This document shows, in pieces, positions 7,676 through 16,950 of a stretch of DNA of 36,104 nucleotides. The number at the start of each line of letters is the position of its first letter. Within the stretch, counting starts at the first letter, position 1. Source of the stretch: a virus; the IMG/VR virus record IMGVR_UViG_3300031414_000061, positions 1-36,104 of that record; one strand, given 5' to 3'. Position numbers and translations under genes: made by a program. Below the pieces are notes generated by a model. It saw nothing but the letters and a program-made list of their open reading frames with translations, ran no database searches and was not told where the DNA came from.

Positions 7676-9091
7676 ATGCCGCAACCACTCGTAGCACTTC
7701 AGACCACGGCGCCGCAGTTCGAAGACCCGGTGACCCTGCAGACCAAGGCCTACAGCCTGCGCGACCTGGCCGCGAAGGCGCAGGCCGCCGACCAGTCGCG
7801 CACCGATGACCAGGCCGCGCGCGCCGCCTTCGCTGCCAACCCGACCGACGCCGCTGCCCGCCTGAACGCGCTGGCCGGCGTGTCGCCGAAGGCCTACGGC
7901 GACGAAGCGAAGCGCCAGGCGGATCTGGCCAAGGCTGACGCCGAAACCCGCGCCAAGACGATCGAAACGGCCCACAAGCAGATCGACCTGGCTGGCCAGG
8001 CCTTCGGCTACGTGCGCCAGTTCCCGACCAAGGAAAACGCGGTCGCCGCGGTGAAATGGCTGGGCCAGAATGGCGTGCTGACGCCTGATCACGTCGCCGA
8101 CCACCTGGCCAAGATCGACACCGCGACGCCCGAACAGATCCAGGGCCTGGCCACGCAGGCATTCCAGTCGGCGGTGGCCGCAAAAGATCAGCTGATGAAG
8201 ATCGAGACCAAGGACACCGGCGGCAACGTGCAGACCGTCGGCACCGACCCGATCACCGGCAAGACCACCACGCTGTCGACCCTGGCCAAGACCCAGAGCC
8301 CGGACAACAGGGCCACGAACGACCGGATCGCCGCCGAGGGCACCGCCAACCGTGCCACGCAGATCCAGGTGCAAAAGATGATCGGCGAGCGCCAGGACAG
8401 CAAGGGCGACGCCGAAGCATCCCTGGACGGCGACACGCTGGGCATGATGGCAAAGCAGTACCTGCGCGGAGACAAGAGCGTGCTGCAGAACCTGGGCCGC
8501 GGCGCGCAAGGCTCGGCGAACCTGGTGGCGCTGCGCAAGGCGATCACTACCGAAGCGAAGACCCAAGGCCTGGGCGGCGAAGACATTGCCGCGCGCATGG
8601 CCGACTTCCAGGGCCAGACCGCCGGCCTGCGCACCGCCAACACGATCAGCGCACGCATCGAGAATGCCGCCGCCGAGGCCGCCCAGCTGGCGCCGCTGGC
8701 GCTGTCCGCGTCCGAAAAGGTGGTGCGGTCGGGCTTCCTGCCGTTCGGCCGTGCGCAGGTGATGTTCAACAACCAGACCAACGACCCGGCCCTGAACGAG
8801 TTTGCGACCGCGAACATCGGCCTGGCCACCGCCTACGCTGGCGCGATGGCGCGCGGCGGCAAGGCCACCGTGTCGGACAACGAACACGCCCGCGAACTGC
8901 TGTCTACCGCGAAGAGCCACGAAGCCTACAAGGCGATCGTGAACCAGATGCTGCAGGAGATCGCCGCCGCCCAGCGCGCGCCGAAACAGGTGCGGGAAGG
9001 CCTGCGCGGTGAGGTCAGCGGCAAGGGCGGCGACCATGGCGCGCCGCCAGCTGGTGCCGGCAAGGTGGTCGACTTCGGGAGCCTCAAATAA
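7676..9091 (+). CDS. Putative internal virion / ejection protein (alpha-helical)
   Basis: 471-aa ORF, Ala/Gln/Lys-rich and helical, in the virion operon. Its stop overlaps the next start (TAATG at 9089-9093). Confidence 0.55.
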   Translation: MPQPLVALQTTAPQFEDPVTLQTKAYSLRDLAAKAQAADQSRTDDQAARAAFAANPTDAAARLNALAGVSPKAYGDEAKRQADLAKADAETRAKTIETAHKQIDLAGQAFGYVRQFPTKENAVAAVKWLGQNGVLTPDHVADHLAKIDTATPEQIQGLATQAFQSAVAAKDQLMKIETKDTGGNVQTVGTDPITGKTTTLSTLAKTQSPDNRATNDRIAAEGTANRATQIQVQKMIGERQDSKGDAEASLDGDTLGMMAKQYLRGDKSVLQNLGRGAQGSANLVALRKAITTEAKTQGLGGEDIAARMADFQGQTAGLRTANTISARIENAAAEAAQLAPLALSASEKVVRSGFLPFGRAQVMFNNQTNDPALNEFATANIGLATAYAGAMARGGKATVSDNEHARELLSTAKSHEAYKAIVNQMLQEIAAAQRAPKQVREGLRGEVSGKGGDHGAPPAGAGKVVDFGSLK

Positions 9092-11100
9092 TGGACGTCC
9101 GACTGCCTGACGGCACCGTGATCCGCGGCGTGCCCGAGAACATCACGAAAGCCGAACTGACCGACAAGCTGGCGCGCAACGGTTACGACGTGTCCAAGCT
9201 GGGCGGCGAGGCCGCGCCAAACCCGCAGCTGGCCGGCGTGCCCGGCTACGATGGCCAGGGTCGCCCAGAGAAACCGCAAAAGCCGGTGAAGGAAGAGCGC
9301 CCGACCAACGGCGTCGACGTCCTGACCGGAAAAAAGGGCCTGGCCGGCGACGTGTTCGACAAGGTGCTAGGCGTGGTCGAAGTGCCGGTCACGATGGCCA
9401 CCGGCGCGATCAGCAGTCTGGCCGGCGCCGCGGCCGGCGCCGCCAAGACCATCACCGGCGGCAAGTTCGGCACGCAGCAGGGCATCAACGAAGGCGAAGA
9501 ACTGGCCGGGAAGGTCGCGCAGGCCGGCACCTACCAGCCGCGCACGCAGACCGGCGCCAAGCTGTCCCAGCTGATCGGCGAAGCTGCCGAGCGTTCCGGC
9601 GTGGCCGGCCTGGCGCTGCCCGAGTTGAACGCCGCGGCCAATGCTGCCGGCAACGCGACGCGCGCCGTGCGCGGTGCTGCAGCGGCCACCGCCGCGACCC
9701 AGAACGCCGCCGACGCCGCTGCCGTGGCCACCAAGGGCCCGAGCCTGCGCGACCTGGTGCGTGCGCCATCGCAGCTGTCCGGTGTTGGCGCAGCGGCCAC
9801 CACCGACGCCACCCTACGCGCCACCCGGGCGCAGACCCTGCCGGCACCGATCAAGCTGACGCGCGGCCAGCTGACGCGCGACCGCACGCAGGTCGCCTTC
9901 GAACGCGAGACTGCGAAACAGAAGGAAGGCGCACCGCTGGCGGCGCACTACGAAGACCAGAACGCGACGTTTGCCCAGAACCTGGACGCCTATGCCGAAC
10001 AGACCGGCGCCGAAGCATACAGCGCGCGCGAGGTCGGCAAGTCTGTCGTGTCGGCCCTGGAAGCGAAGGATGCGGCAAAGCAGTCCGAGATCCGCAACCT
10101 GTACCAGCAGGCGCGCCAGGCCGGCGAAATGCAGGGCCAGGTCGACGTGTCGGGCCTGGTCGACTGGATCGCGAAGAACAAGGGCAAGGACAAGCTGGCG
10201 CCGATCATCAGCACCATCGAAAGCGAACTCAAGCAGAACGCGAAGGTGGAAGGCGGCGGCCTGGATAACCTGACGCTGACGCCGAAGCCGACCCGCACCG
10301 TGATGACGCTGGATGCATCGGAAGACCTGCGCCAGGCGATCAACAAGCTGGCCGAGCCTGGCACCCCGAACGTCGTGTTCGGAAAGGAAGCCAAGGCCCT
10401 GATCGACTCCGCGCAGGAAGGCAAGGGCGGCGACCTGTTCAAGCAGGCGCGCCGCGCCTACGAAAATTACAGCAACGAATTTACGAACCGCGACGTGATC
10501 GACAAGGCCCTGCGCACCAAGCCGGGCACGAAGGACCGCGCAGTGGCCTATGAAGACGTGTTCAAGCACGCGATTATGAACGGCAGCACCGACGACGTGC
10601 GCCACGTCTTCCGCGTGCTGGAAGCGCACCCGGTCGGCGCGGATCAGGCAGTCGTGCAGGCTGGCCAGCAGGCCGCGAAAGACCTGCGCGGCGCCGTGGT
10701 CAACCACATCAAGGACGAGATGCAGAAGAACCTGAATGTGGACAGCACCGGCGCGCGCACCGGGTCGCCGGCCAAGATCGACGCCATCGTTCGCGAGCTG
10801 GACAAGGATGGCAAGCTGGACGTGATTTTCGGGAAGGCCGACGCCGCAAAGATCCGCGACCTGCGCGACGTGGCGATCGACATTTACACCAGCCCGACCG
10901 GCACGGTGAACAGTTCCAACACCGCCAGCGCCCTGATGCGCAAGCTGGACGACATTGCCGGCTATGCGAAGGGCACCCCGATTATCGGCAAGGCGGTGAA
11001 CTACAGCGCGCAGGCTATCAAGTCGGCCGGCACGCGCCGCAAGGTGCGCGACGCGATCAATCCGAACCTGAAAGACCTGAACGCGAAGGGGGGCAAGTAA
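9091..11100 (+). CDS. Putative large internal virion / DNA-ejection protein
   Basis: 669 aa. The N-terminus MDVRLPDGTVIRGVPENITKAELTDKLARNGY is a motif common at the start of large podovirus internal proteins. I did not recognise a muralytic domain. Confidence 0.55.
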   Translation: MDVRLPDGTVIRGVPENITKAELTDKLARNGYDVSKLGGEAAPNPQLAGVPGYDGQGRPEKPQKPVKEERPTNGVDVLTGKKGLAGDVFDKVLGVVEVPVTMATGAISSLAGAAAGAAKTITGGKFGTQQGINEGEELAGKVAQAGTYQPRTQTGAKLSQLIGEAAERSGVAGLALPELNAAANAAGNATRAVRGAAAATAATQNAADAAAVATKGPSLRDLVRAPSQLSGVGAAATTDATLRATRAQTLPAPIKLTRGQLTRDRTQVAFERETAKQKEGAPLAAHYEDQNATFAQNLDAYAEQTGAEAYSAREVGKSVVSALEAKDAAKQSEIRNLYQQARQAGEMQGQVDVSGLVDWIAKNKGKDKLAPIISTIESELKQNAKVEGGGLDNLTLTPKPTRTVMTLDASEDLRQAINKLAEPGTPNVVFGKEAKALIDSAQEGKGGDLFKQARRAYENYSNEFTNRDVIDKALRTKPGTKDRAVAYEDVFKHAIMNGSTDDVRHVFRVLEAHPVGADQAVVQAGQQAAKDLRGAVVNHIKDEMQKNLNVDSTGARTGSPAKIDAIVRELDKDGKLDVIFGKADAAKIRDLRDVAIDIYTSPTGTVNSSNTASALMRKLDDIAGYAKGTPIIGKAVNYSAQAIKSAGTRRKVRDAINPNLKDLNAKGGK

Positions 11101-12536
11101 TGCCGCAAATTCCATTCGTCGGTGCGTCCTACCAAGCGCGCAGCAAGAATTTGGACGCGCAGGCCTGCATCAACCTGTTCCCGGTGCTGGGCGAGTCGGG
11201 CACCGCCAAGGCGGTCGCCGCGCTCTACGGCGCGCCAGGCACGCGCCCGCTGGTCCTGCTGGATGATGCGCCGGTGCGGGCGATCCATGTGCCGAGCGAT
11301 GGCGGTGCGATGATCGTGGTCAGCGGCGGCACGGTCTACCGCGTGACCGCTGGCCGCGACGTGGCAACGGTGGTAACGAAGATCGGCAGCATCACCCCGG
11401 GCACCACGCCGGTCGCCATCACCGACAACGGCACGCAGGGCATTATTGTGACCGGGCAGAACGGCTATGTGGTTGACCTGGCCGCCAACACGGTGAACAT
11501 GATCACCGACGAAGCATTTTATGGCGCCACCAGCGTCGATATTCTGATCACCTTTGCGATCTTCAACCGGCCCGGCACCAACCAGTTCTATATTTCAGGA
11601 TCGAACGAGATCACCTTCGACGCGCTGGATTTTGCCAGCGCAGAGAGCAACGCCGAACCGATCGTGCGCCTGCTGGTGAACCATGCGGACATTGTGATTT
11701 TCAAAAGCACGGTCACCGAGATCTGGCGCGCCAGCGGTGATATCGACTTCCCCTTCGCACGCGATACCAATGCCGCCATTGAACAGGGATGCGCCGCGCC
11801 CTGGTCGGCGGTCTCGATGGACAACAGCGTGTTTTGGATCGGGAACGCGGCCGAGGGCGGCGGCATCGTCTGGCGCCTGAACGGCTACACCCCGCAGCGT
11901 GTTTCAACCGATGCCATCGAATACGCGATCGCCAGCTATGGCGATATTTCCGACGCCGTGGGCTATGCCTACCAGCAGGAGGGCCACACGTTCTATGTGC
12001 TGACCTTCCCTAGCGCCGGGAAAACCTGGTGCTATGACGCCGCCACCCAGCTGTGGCATCAGCGCGCTTACCTGGACCCGAATACGGGCCTGCTGGGCCG
12101 CCACCGATCGAGCTGCCACGCCTATTACGGCGGCCTGCATATCGTCGGCGACTTCGAAACCGGCGACCTGTATGCGCTGGACCTGGATTACATGATGGAC
12201 GGCACCGCGCCACTGCCGGCGATCCGCGCCGCGGCACATATCGCCGACCAGGATTACAAGTGGATCGTGCATAACCGCCTGCAGGTCGACATGGAAACCG
12301 GCGTAGGCCTGAACGATGGCCAGGGTTCGGCGCCGATCGCGCTGCTGGACTGGTCAAACGATGGCGGCCACACCTGGAGCAACCAACACCCGGCGTCGAT
12401 CGGGCGCATCGGTGAATACCGCGCGCGCGTGCGCTGGAACCGCCTGGGCCGGGCCCGCGATCGCGTCTATCGCCTGACCATCACCGACCCGGTGAAGCGC
12501 GTGATCATCGGCGCCGCCTTGAATCCGGAGGAATGA
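11100..12536 (+). CDS. Tail hub / packaged-DNA stabilisation protein (P22 gp10-like)
   Basis: N-terminus: PFVGASYQARSKNLDAQACINLFPVLGESGTAKAVAALYGAPGTRPL. C-terminus: WSNDGGHTWSN...YRARVRWNRLGRARDRVYRLTITDPVKRVIIGAAL. The C-terminus parallels P22 gp10 (...VLWKRVGRIRRLIGFKLRVITKSPVTLSG...). TAATG coupling to the upstream gene. Confidence 0.7.
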   Translation: MPQIPFVGASYQARSKNLDAQACINLFPVLGESGTAKAVAALYGAPGTRPLVLLDDAPVRAIHVPSDGGAMIVVSGGTVYRVTAGRDVATVVTKIGSITPGTTPVAITDNGTQGIIVTGQNGYVVDLAANTVNMITDEAFYGATSVDILITFAIFNRPGTNQFYISGSNEITFDALDFASAESNAEPIVRLLVNHADIVIFKSTVTEIWRASGDIDFPFARDTNAAIEQGCAAPWSAVSMDNSVFWIGNAAEGGGIVWRLNGYTPQRVSTDAIEYAIASYGDISDAVGYAYQQEGHTFYVLTFPSAGKTWCYDAATQLWHQRAYLDPNTGLLGRHRSSCHAYYGGLHIVGDFETGDLYALDLDYMMDGTAPLPAIRAAAHIADQDYKWIVHNRLQVDMETGVGLNDGQGSAPIALLDWSNDGGHTWSNQHPASIGRIGEYRARVRWNRLGRARDRVYRLTITDPVKRVIIGAALNPEE

Positions 12537-13216
12537 TGCCGAATCCGTTGAACCTGTTCCCCGCGCGCGTGCCCATCGGCCGCGCCGTCACGCCGGATGG
12601 CCGCACCGTCGACGTCCTGATGACGCGCGAGTTTTCCAACGCGCTTGCGACCCTGCTGGTGCGTGTCGGCGGCGGAAATGCAATGGATAACGGCGAACTG
12701 GCGGCCCTGGCATCAAGCGATGCTTCCGGCGGCCTGCTGCAGGCGGTGCTGGGCGAACTGGCCGACTTGCGTGCGATGCTCGACCAGGTGGCGCCCGCGC
12801 TGGCCCTGCAGCGGCAGATCGAAGCCATGCGCGTCGAACTGGCCATGATCGAAGACCCGGCGGCGGCCGTGCGCTACATCCTGACCAACTACGCGCCCCT
12901 CCTGTCGCCCCATTTCAAGGGCATCCCGACCGCGCCGACCGCGGCCCTGGATACCGATACCGACCAGCTGGCGACCTGCCATTTTGTACTGAACCAGGCA
13001 GGCGACACCGCGCCGCTGATGAACGGCGCCTTGCCGGTGCCTGGCGGCAGCGAACGCTATGCACGCGCGGACCATGTGCATCCGAGTGACAGCAGCAAAC
13101 AGGGAGCCATCGCGGCGGCGACGGTGACCGGCTCACGCGGCGGAAACGCTGCGCTTACTTCCCTGTTATCCGGCCTGGCCGACCAGGGCCTGATTATCAA
13201 CAGCACCACCGCATAA
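12533..13216 (+). CDS. Tail fiber / needle-like protein
   Basis: A coiled-coil-prone middle region and a C-terminal GGSERYARADHVHPSD motif (G.S..yARaDHvHP), which is common in phage tail-fiber proteins. The start may be 12533 or 12536 (ATGATG). Confidence 0.6.
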   Translation: MMPNPLNLFPARVPIGRAVTPDGRTVDVLMTREFSNALATLLVRVGGGNAMDNGELAALASSDASGGLLQAVLGELADLRAMLDQVAPALALQRQIEAMRVELAMIEDPAAAVRYILTNYAPLLSPHFKGIPTAPTAALDTDTDQLATCHFVLNQAGDTAPLMNGALPVPGGSERYARADHVHPSDSSKQGAIAAATVTGSRGGNAALTSLLSGLADQGLIINSTTA

Positions 13217-13237
13217 AAACGAAAGGATTCCTGAAAA

Positions 13238-13558
13238 ATGGCTGTGACTCCCTACATCTACGACGGCGCAGTACTCGGCGCCGTCGCGACCCAGCAAGGC
13301 ACCACCGTGCCCGCCCTGACCAAGCGCGTCATTAAATCGGCGTCGCTGGTCAACACCACCGGCGCCCCGATTCCCGGCACCGTGCAGCTGGTAACCGCCG
13401 ACAGCACGGCAATCACGCACATTTCGGCGCGCCCGATCGCGGCCGGCGAAAGCTACCCCTGCCCAGAGCTGATTAATAAGGGTTTGAACCCGGGCGGCCT
13501 GGTGAAGGCGCTGGGCGATGGCCTGACCTTCATGTACACCGCAACCGATTTTGTCTAA
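13238..13558 (+). CDS. Hypothetical protein between fiber and tailspike
   Basis: 106-aa ORF with high GC3 and an upstream aaaggattcc RBS-like stretch. No recognisable motif. Confidence 0.65.
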   Translation: MAVTPYIYDGAVLGAVATQQGTTVPALTKRVIKSASLVNTTGAPIPGTVQLVTADSTAITHISARPIAAGESYPCPELINKGLNPGGLVKALGDGLTFMYTATDFV

Positions 13559-13567
13559 GGAGAGCAG

Positions 13568-15298
13568 ATGCCTACCACTTCCTTGATGCCGCTGCCGAAG
13601 CTGCATTTCACCACCGCGATCGGGACGCCGCTGGTCGGCGGCAAGGTGTACACCTACGCCGCCGGCACGACCAACCCGAAAACGACCTACACCGACGCCG
13701 CCGGCACCACGCCGCACGAAAACCCGATCCCGCTGAACCTGCGCGGCGAACCGCCCAGCGCGATTTATTGGAGTGGGAACTATCGCGTGGACGTGCGCGA
13801 CGCACTCGGCAACCTGGTCTATTCCGTCGACAACTACAACACCGACCCCGCTGGCCTGTGGGATACCTTCACGCGCCTGCTGGCATCGTCGGGTTCGTCC
13901 CTGATCGGCTTCATTCAGGCCGGCGCTGGCGCCATCAAACAGACCTTGCAGGATCTGCTGCGCGAGCGTGTAAGCGTGACGCAATTTGGCGCGGTCGGTC
14001 TGGACGGATCTGACGATACCGCCGGCATCCAGAAGACCCTGAACTACCTGGCCACGCTGGGCAGCGGCATCGCGACGTCGCCGGGCGGTCGGAATTACAA
14101 GCTGACCGCGGCCATCGACTTCAGCGTTCTGGGCAACCAGCACAAGCAATACACCATCGACTTTGGCGGCTCGACCATCACCTGGGACGGCGTGGTGCCG
14201 GCCGGGCAGGAAGACACGTTTGCAATGCTGAAGTTCTTCAATAACAAAAGCGTCACCCTGAAGAACTTCACGCTGCAGTGCACGCCCGACGTCGACGGCA
14301 TCAAGGTCGATTCTGCACAGCCGGATGGGTCTGACCAACTCGTTTTCAAGAACTTCAACATCAAGAATTACCGGAAGGCCTTCGCCCTGGGCAGCACCAG
14401 CGTGACCGGCCAGAACAGGGTTTCTGACCTGGTGATCAAGCGTGGCGTGATCGAGCTGGGCAACACCGGCATTTATACCAACTCCACCAATGTAGATTCC
14501 CTGATCATCACGAACGTGATCCTGTCCGGTAACGAAAAACATGTGCACCTGCACCGCGCCGGCTTCGTGAAGCTGGACACGGTGACCGGCTACGGCTACC
14601 AGGCGAACGGCGGCATCAATGCCTTCGTGTATCGGGATGGTCCGACCGGCCCGATCATCCTGGACAACTGCCAGCAGGAGAACGGCGGCTATGCCCCGGC
14701 CCATTTCTTCCGCCAGAACGATTACACCCTGGCCCGGCAAGGCGCGACCACCATGATCAGCTGCACCGTGGACGACGATATTTTGCTGGAAGCTGGTGCT
14801 GGATCGGATGCCTACATTCTCAACATCGAAGGCGGCCGCATCGGCAATCTGACGGTCAACAACAACGACACGAACGTGAACCTGATCGGGACCGAGCTGG
14901 ATGCAGGTAAGACCCTGACCATGAACGCGATCAACACCAAGCTGTTCAACCACGGCAGCAAGCTTTACGGCACGGTGGTCGATAACTCGAAAGGCGGGAC
15001 TCTGCTGGCATCGAACGGCTACCGCAACACGCCAGACGGCATTGTCGAACAGTGGGGCGGCACCGACCTTTTCAATGTTCCTGCTGGTGGCGTGCGCGCG
15101 GAAATCATCACCTTCCCCAAGCCGTTCAACCAGATTTATTCCATCAATCCGACGCTGTTTACGCCAGGTGACGGCAACGTGAGCATGCATCGTGACCCAT
15201 TCGGGACCACGCTGAATTCGTTCAAGGTTGTCTTCCGTAATAACGACACTGGTGCCGCGCAGGACATGGGCGTGTGCTGGACCGCAACCGGCGTGTAA
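13568..15298 (+). CDS. Tailspike with pectate-lyase-like right-handed beta-helix (polysaccharide depolymerase candidate)
   Basis: The N-terminus GTPLVGGKVYTYAAGTTNPKTTYTDAAGTTPHENPIPLNLRGEPPSAIYWSGNYRVDVRDALGNLVYSVDNY is the conserved tailspike N-terminal module. It is followed by VSVTQFGAVGLDGSDDTAGIQKTLNYL (Pectate_lyase_3-type start) and repetitive beta-helix-like segments. Confidence 0.85.
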   Translation: MPTTSLMPLPKLHFTTAIGTPLVGGKVYTYAAGTTNPKTTYTDAAGTTPHENPIPLNLRGEPPSAIYWSGNYRVDVRDALGNLVYSVDNYNTDPAGLWDTFTRLLASSGSSLIGFIQAGAGAIKQTLQDLLRERVSVTQFGAVGLDGSDDTAGIQKTLNYLATLGSGIATSPGGRNYKLTAAIDFSVLGNQHKQYTIDFGGSTITWDGVVPAGQEDTFAMLKFFNNKSVTLKNFTLQCTPDVDGIKVDSAQPDGSDQLVFKNFNIKNYRKAFALGSTSVTGQNRVSDLVIKRGVIELGNTGIYTNSTNVDSLIITNVILSGNEKHVHLHRAGFVKLDTVTGYGYQANGGINAFVYRDGPTGPIILDNCQQENGGYAPAHFFRQNDYTLARQGATTMISCTVDDDILLEAGAGSDAYILNIEGGRIGNLTVNNNDTNVNLIGTELDAGKTLTMNAINTKLFNHGSKLYGTVVDNSKGGTLLASNGYRNTPDGIVEQWGGTDLFNVPAGGVRAEIITFPKPFNQIYSINPTLFTPGDGNVSMHRDPFGTTLNSFKVVFRNNDTGAAQDMGVCWTATGV

Positions 15299-15331
15299 GG
15301 CGCCTAAAAATAAACCTGAAAGAGAATAAAA

Positions 15332-15715
15332 ATGATCGAAAAAACCAACCCGGGCACCATGCCCGCCGAGCTTGCCGAACTGCTGCCGTGGGCCTGGGTC
15401 GCCTTCGTGTCGCTGCTGGGCGGCGTCGCATCCTTCCTGCAGAAGATGAAGACCGGGCATGTGCGCGCCTGGAACTTCACCGAGTTTGTCGGCGAGATCA
15501 CCGCCGCCGGCCTGACCGGCATTATCACGGCGAACCTGTGCGACTCGATCGGCTCTTCGGCGCCGCTGAAGTACGCCCTGGTCGGCATTTCGTCGCATAT
15601 GGGTTCCCGGGCGCTGTTCAAACTCGAGGCCATGTTCACCGCGAAGTTCAACCTGCCGGCCACGCCGATCGACCCGCTGGCCCAGCCGACGAAAGGGGAA
15701 GACCATGCCGCCTAG
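15332..15715 (+). CDS. Holin (LydA-like)
   Basis: WAWVAFVSLLGGVASFLQKMKTGHVRAWNFTEFVGEITAAGLTGIITANL....YALVGISSHMGSRALFKLE gives three hydrophobic segments. It resembles P1 LydA-type holins and lies directly upstream of the endolysin. Confidence 0.7.
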   Translation: MIEKTNPGTMPAELAELLPWAWVAFVSLLGGVASFLQKMKTGHVRAWNFTEFVGEITAAGLTGIITANLCDSIGSSAPLKYALVGISSHMGSRALFKLEAMFTAKFNLPATPIDPLAQPTKGEDHAA

Positions 15716-16181
15716 CGCCTTCCTTGCCATGATGGTCGGCCCGGCGCAGGCCTGCCAGCGTGCCACCGGGATCCCCGCTTCCTTCACCCTGGCGCAGGCG
15801 GCGCTGGAATCCGGATGGGGCGCGCGCTGCCCCGGTAACAACCTGTTCGGCATCAAGGCGGATAAGGCCTGGAAGGGCCCGACCGTCGACGTCGATACCC
15901 ACGAAGTGATCAAGGGCCAGCGCGTGGCCATCACCGACAAGTTCCGCGCCTATGCCAGCTGGGCCGAATGCATGGTCGACCACGCCGCGTTTTTCAAGGC
16001 GAACCCGCGGTACCGGGATTGCTTCAAGCAGACCACCGGCGAGGGCTGGGCGCGTGCGGTGGCGGCCGCCGGCTACGCGACCGACCCGAACTACGCCAGC
16101 TTGCTGATCTCCGTAATGGGCAATCGTCCAGGCGGTCGGAATATGGCGCAATACGACTTGCCGGCGAAGGTGCCAGCGTGA
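15705..16181 (+). CDS. Endolysin, mannosyl-glycoprotein endo-beta-N-acetylglucosaminidase (FlgJ-type glucosaminidase) family
   Basis: TLAQAALESGWGARCPGNNLFGIKA...FRAYASWAECMVDHAAFFKANPRY...AAGYATDPNYASLL is the classic glucosaminidase-domain signature. Confidence 0.9.
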   Translation: MPPSAFLAMMVGPAQACQRATGIPASFTLAQAALESGWGARCPGNNLFGIKADKAWKGPTVDVDTHEVIKGQRVAITDKFRAYASWAECMVDHAAFFKANPRYRDCFKQTTGEGWARAVAAAGYATDPNYASLLISVMGNRPGGRNMAQYDLPAKVPA

Positions 16182-16684
16182 CGGCCCTGGAACGGCTTGG
16201 TGCCGCCGTCCTGCTGGCGCTGGTGATCTTGGTGGCCAGCGTGTTCGGCCTGCGCCACTATAGCGCCGAACGATACCAGGCCGGCTATGACGCCGCGATC
16301 GCCGCCGGCAAAGAGCAGCACGACCGCGACGCCGCGGCCGCCCATAAAACCGAGTCGGACCTGCGCGCGCAGCTGCGTGCCAAGGATGCCGACGCCAAGC
16401 AAAAGGAAGATGAATATGAAACGAACCTGCAAAATGCTCAGCATCGCGTGCGCGTTGGCGCTGACAGCCTGCGCTGCCCAGCGGCCGGCCCCGTACCAGC
16501 CGCCGCCGCGCCCGACGATCGACCCGCTGCCGGCGGACCTGACCCTGAAGCCGACGGACCGCGCATTGTGCCAGAGACTGCTTCTGATCTTCTCGGCGTC
16601 GCCGCAGACCTTGCGCGAATCGTGCGGCAGTACGATCGACTTGAGCAGCGCTTCGAAGACTGCCGGGCCTTAAACGAAAAATAA
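16178..16684 (+). CDS. Rz: i-spanin (Rz-like)
   Basis: GTG 16178 overlaps the endolysin stop (GTGA). N-terminal TM segment LGAAVLLALVILVASVFGL, then a charged helical periplasmic domain. The track ORF 15968.. is an upstream extension. Confidence 0.75.
   Translation: MTALERLGAAVLLALVILVASVFGLRHYSAERYQAGYDAAIAAGKEQHDRDAAAAHKTESDLRAQLRAKDADAKQKEDEYETNLQNAQHRVRVGADSLRCPAAGPVPAAAAPDDRPAAGGPDPEADGPRIVPETASDLLGVAADLARIVRQYDRLEQRFEDCRALNEK
16416..16673 (+). CDS. Rz1: o-spanin (Rz1-like lipoprotein), fully embedded in Rz in the +1 frame
   Basis: MKRTCKMLSIACALALTAC|AAQRPAPYQPPPRPTIDPLP carries a lipobox (LTAC) followed by a Pro-rich mature part. GGAAG RBS lies about 7 nt upstream. The start could alternatively be 16410. 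Confidence 0.75.
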   Translation: MKRTCKMLSIACALALTACAAQRPAPYQPPPRPTIDPLPADLTLKPTDRALCQRLLLIFSASPQTLRESCGSTIDLSSASKTAGP

Positions 16685-16723
16685 CGGCAGGCCGGCGGCG
16701 CGCGCCCGCCGGTCCCACCCTGT

Positions 16724-16756
16724 ACGGCGCTCGGCTCTAAACCGGCGCCGTTTTTT
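16724..16756 (+). terminator. Rho-independent terminator ending the late/lysis operon
   Basis: ACGGCGC (16724-30) pairs with GCGCCGT (16745-51) and is followed by TTTTTT (16751-56). A further GC hairpin, CCGGCGG-cgcgcgc-CCGCCGG, lies at about 16692-16712. Confidence 0.7.
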
Positions 16757-16888
16757 CATCCAGCGGCGATCACCTTCATGCCGCATTTTTTTCCACGCAT
16801 CCCCAGCGGAATCAACGACTTCCGCCGCTTGGTAAATCGTGAACCACAACCTTTCCTGAAAACTGACCATCGCACGCCCCCTGTAGAA

Positions 16889-16909
16889 ACGCCGGCGCAG
16901 GGCCGGCGT
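16889..16909 (-). terminator. Hairpin downstream of the last leftward gene (weak terminator candidate)
   Basis: ACGCCGGC-5 nt-GCCGGCGT is a perfect 8-bp dyad. On the minus strand only TTCT follows it. Confidence 0.3.
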
Positions 16910-16950
16910 GTTCATGGTGCGCCAGGCGTGGCGCGGACTGTTGAGCCCGG

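Noticed and set aside
12533-15298. A diversity-generating retroelement (as in BPP-1-type podoviruses) acting on the fiber/tailspike genes
   Set aside because: No reverse transcriptase ORF exists anywhere in the genome. I could not see a template/variable repeat pair near the 3' ends of the tail genes.
16757-16950. A tRNA, attP or small-RNA gene in the ~190-bp convergent intergenic gap. The same was considered for the 33206-33456 gap.
   Set aside because: I could not fold a cloverleaf-like arrangement by eye. No integrase is present to use an attP. I saw only a dyad (16889-16909) and promoter/terminator-like elements. A covariance-model scan would settle it.
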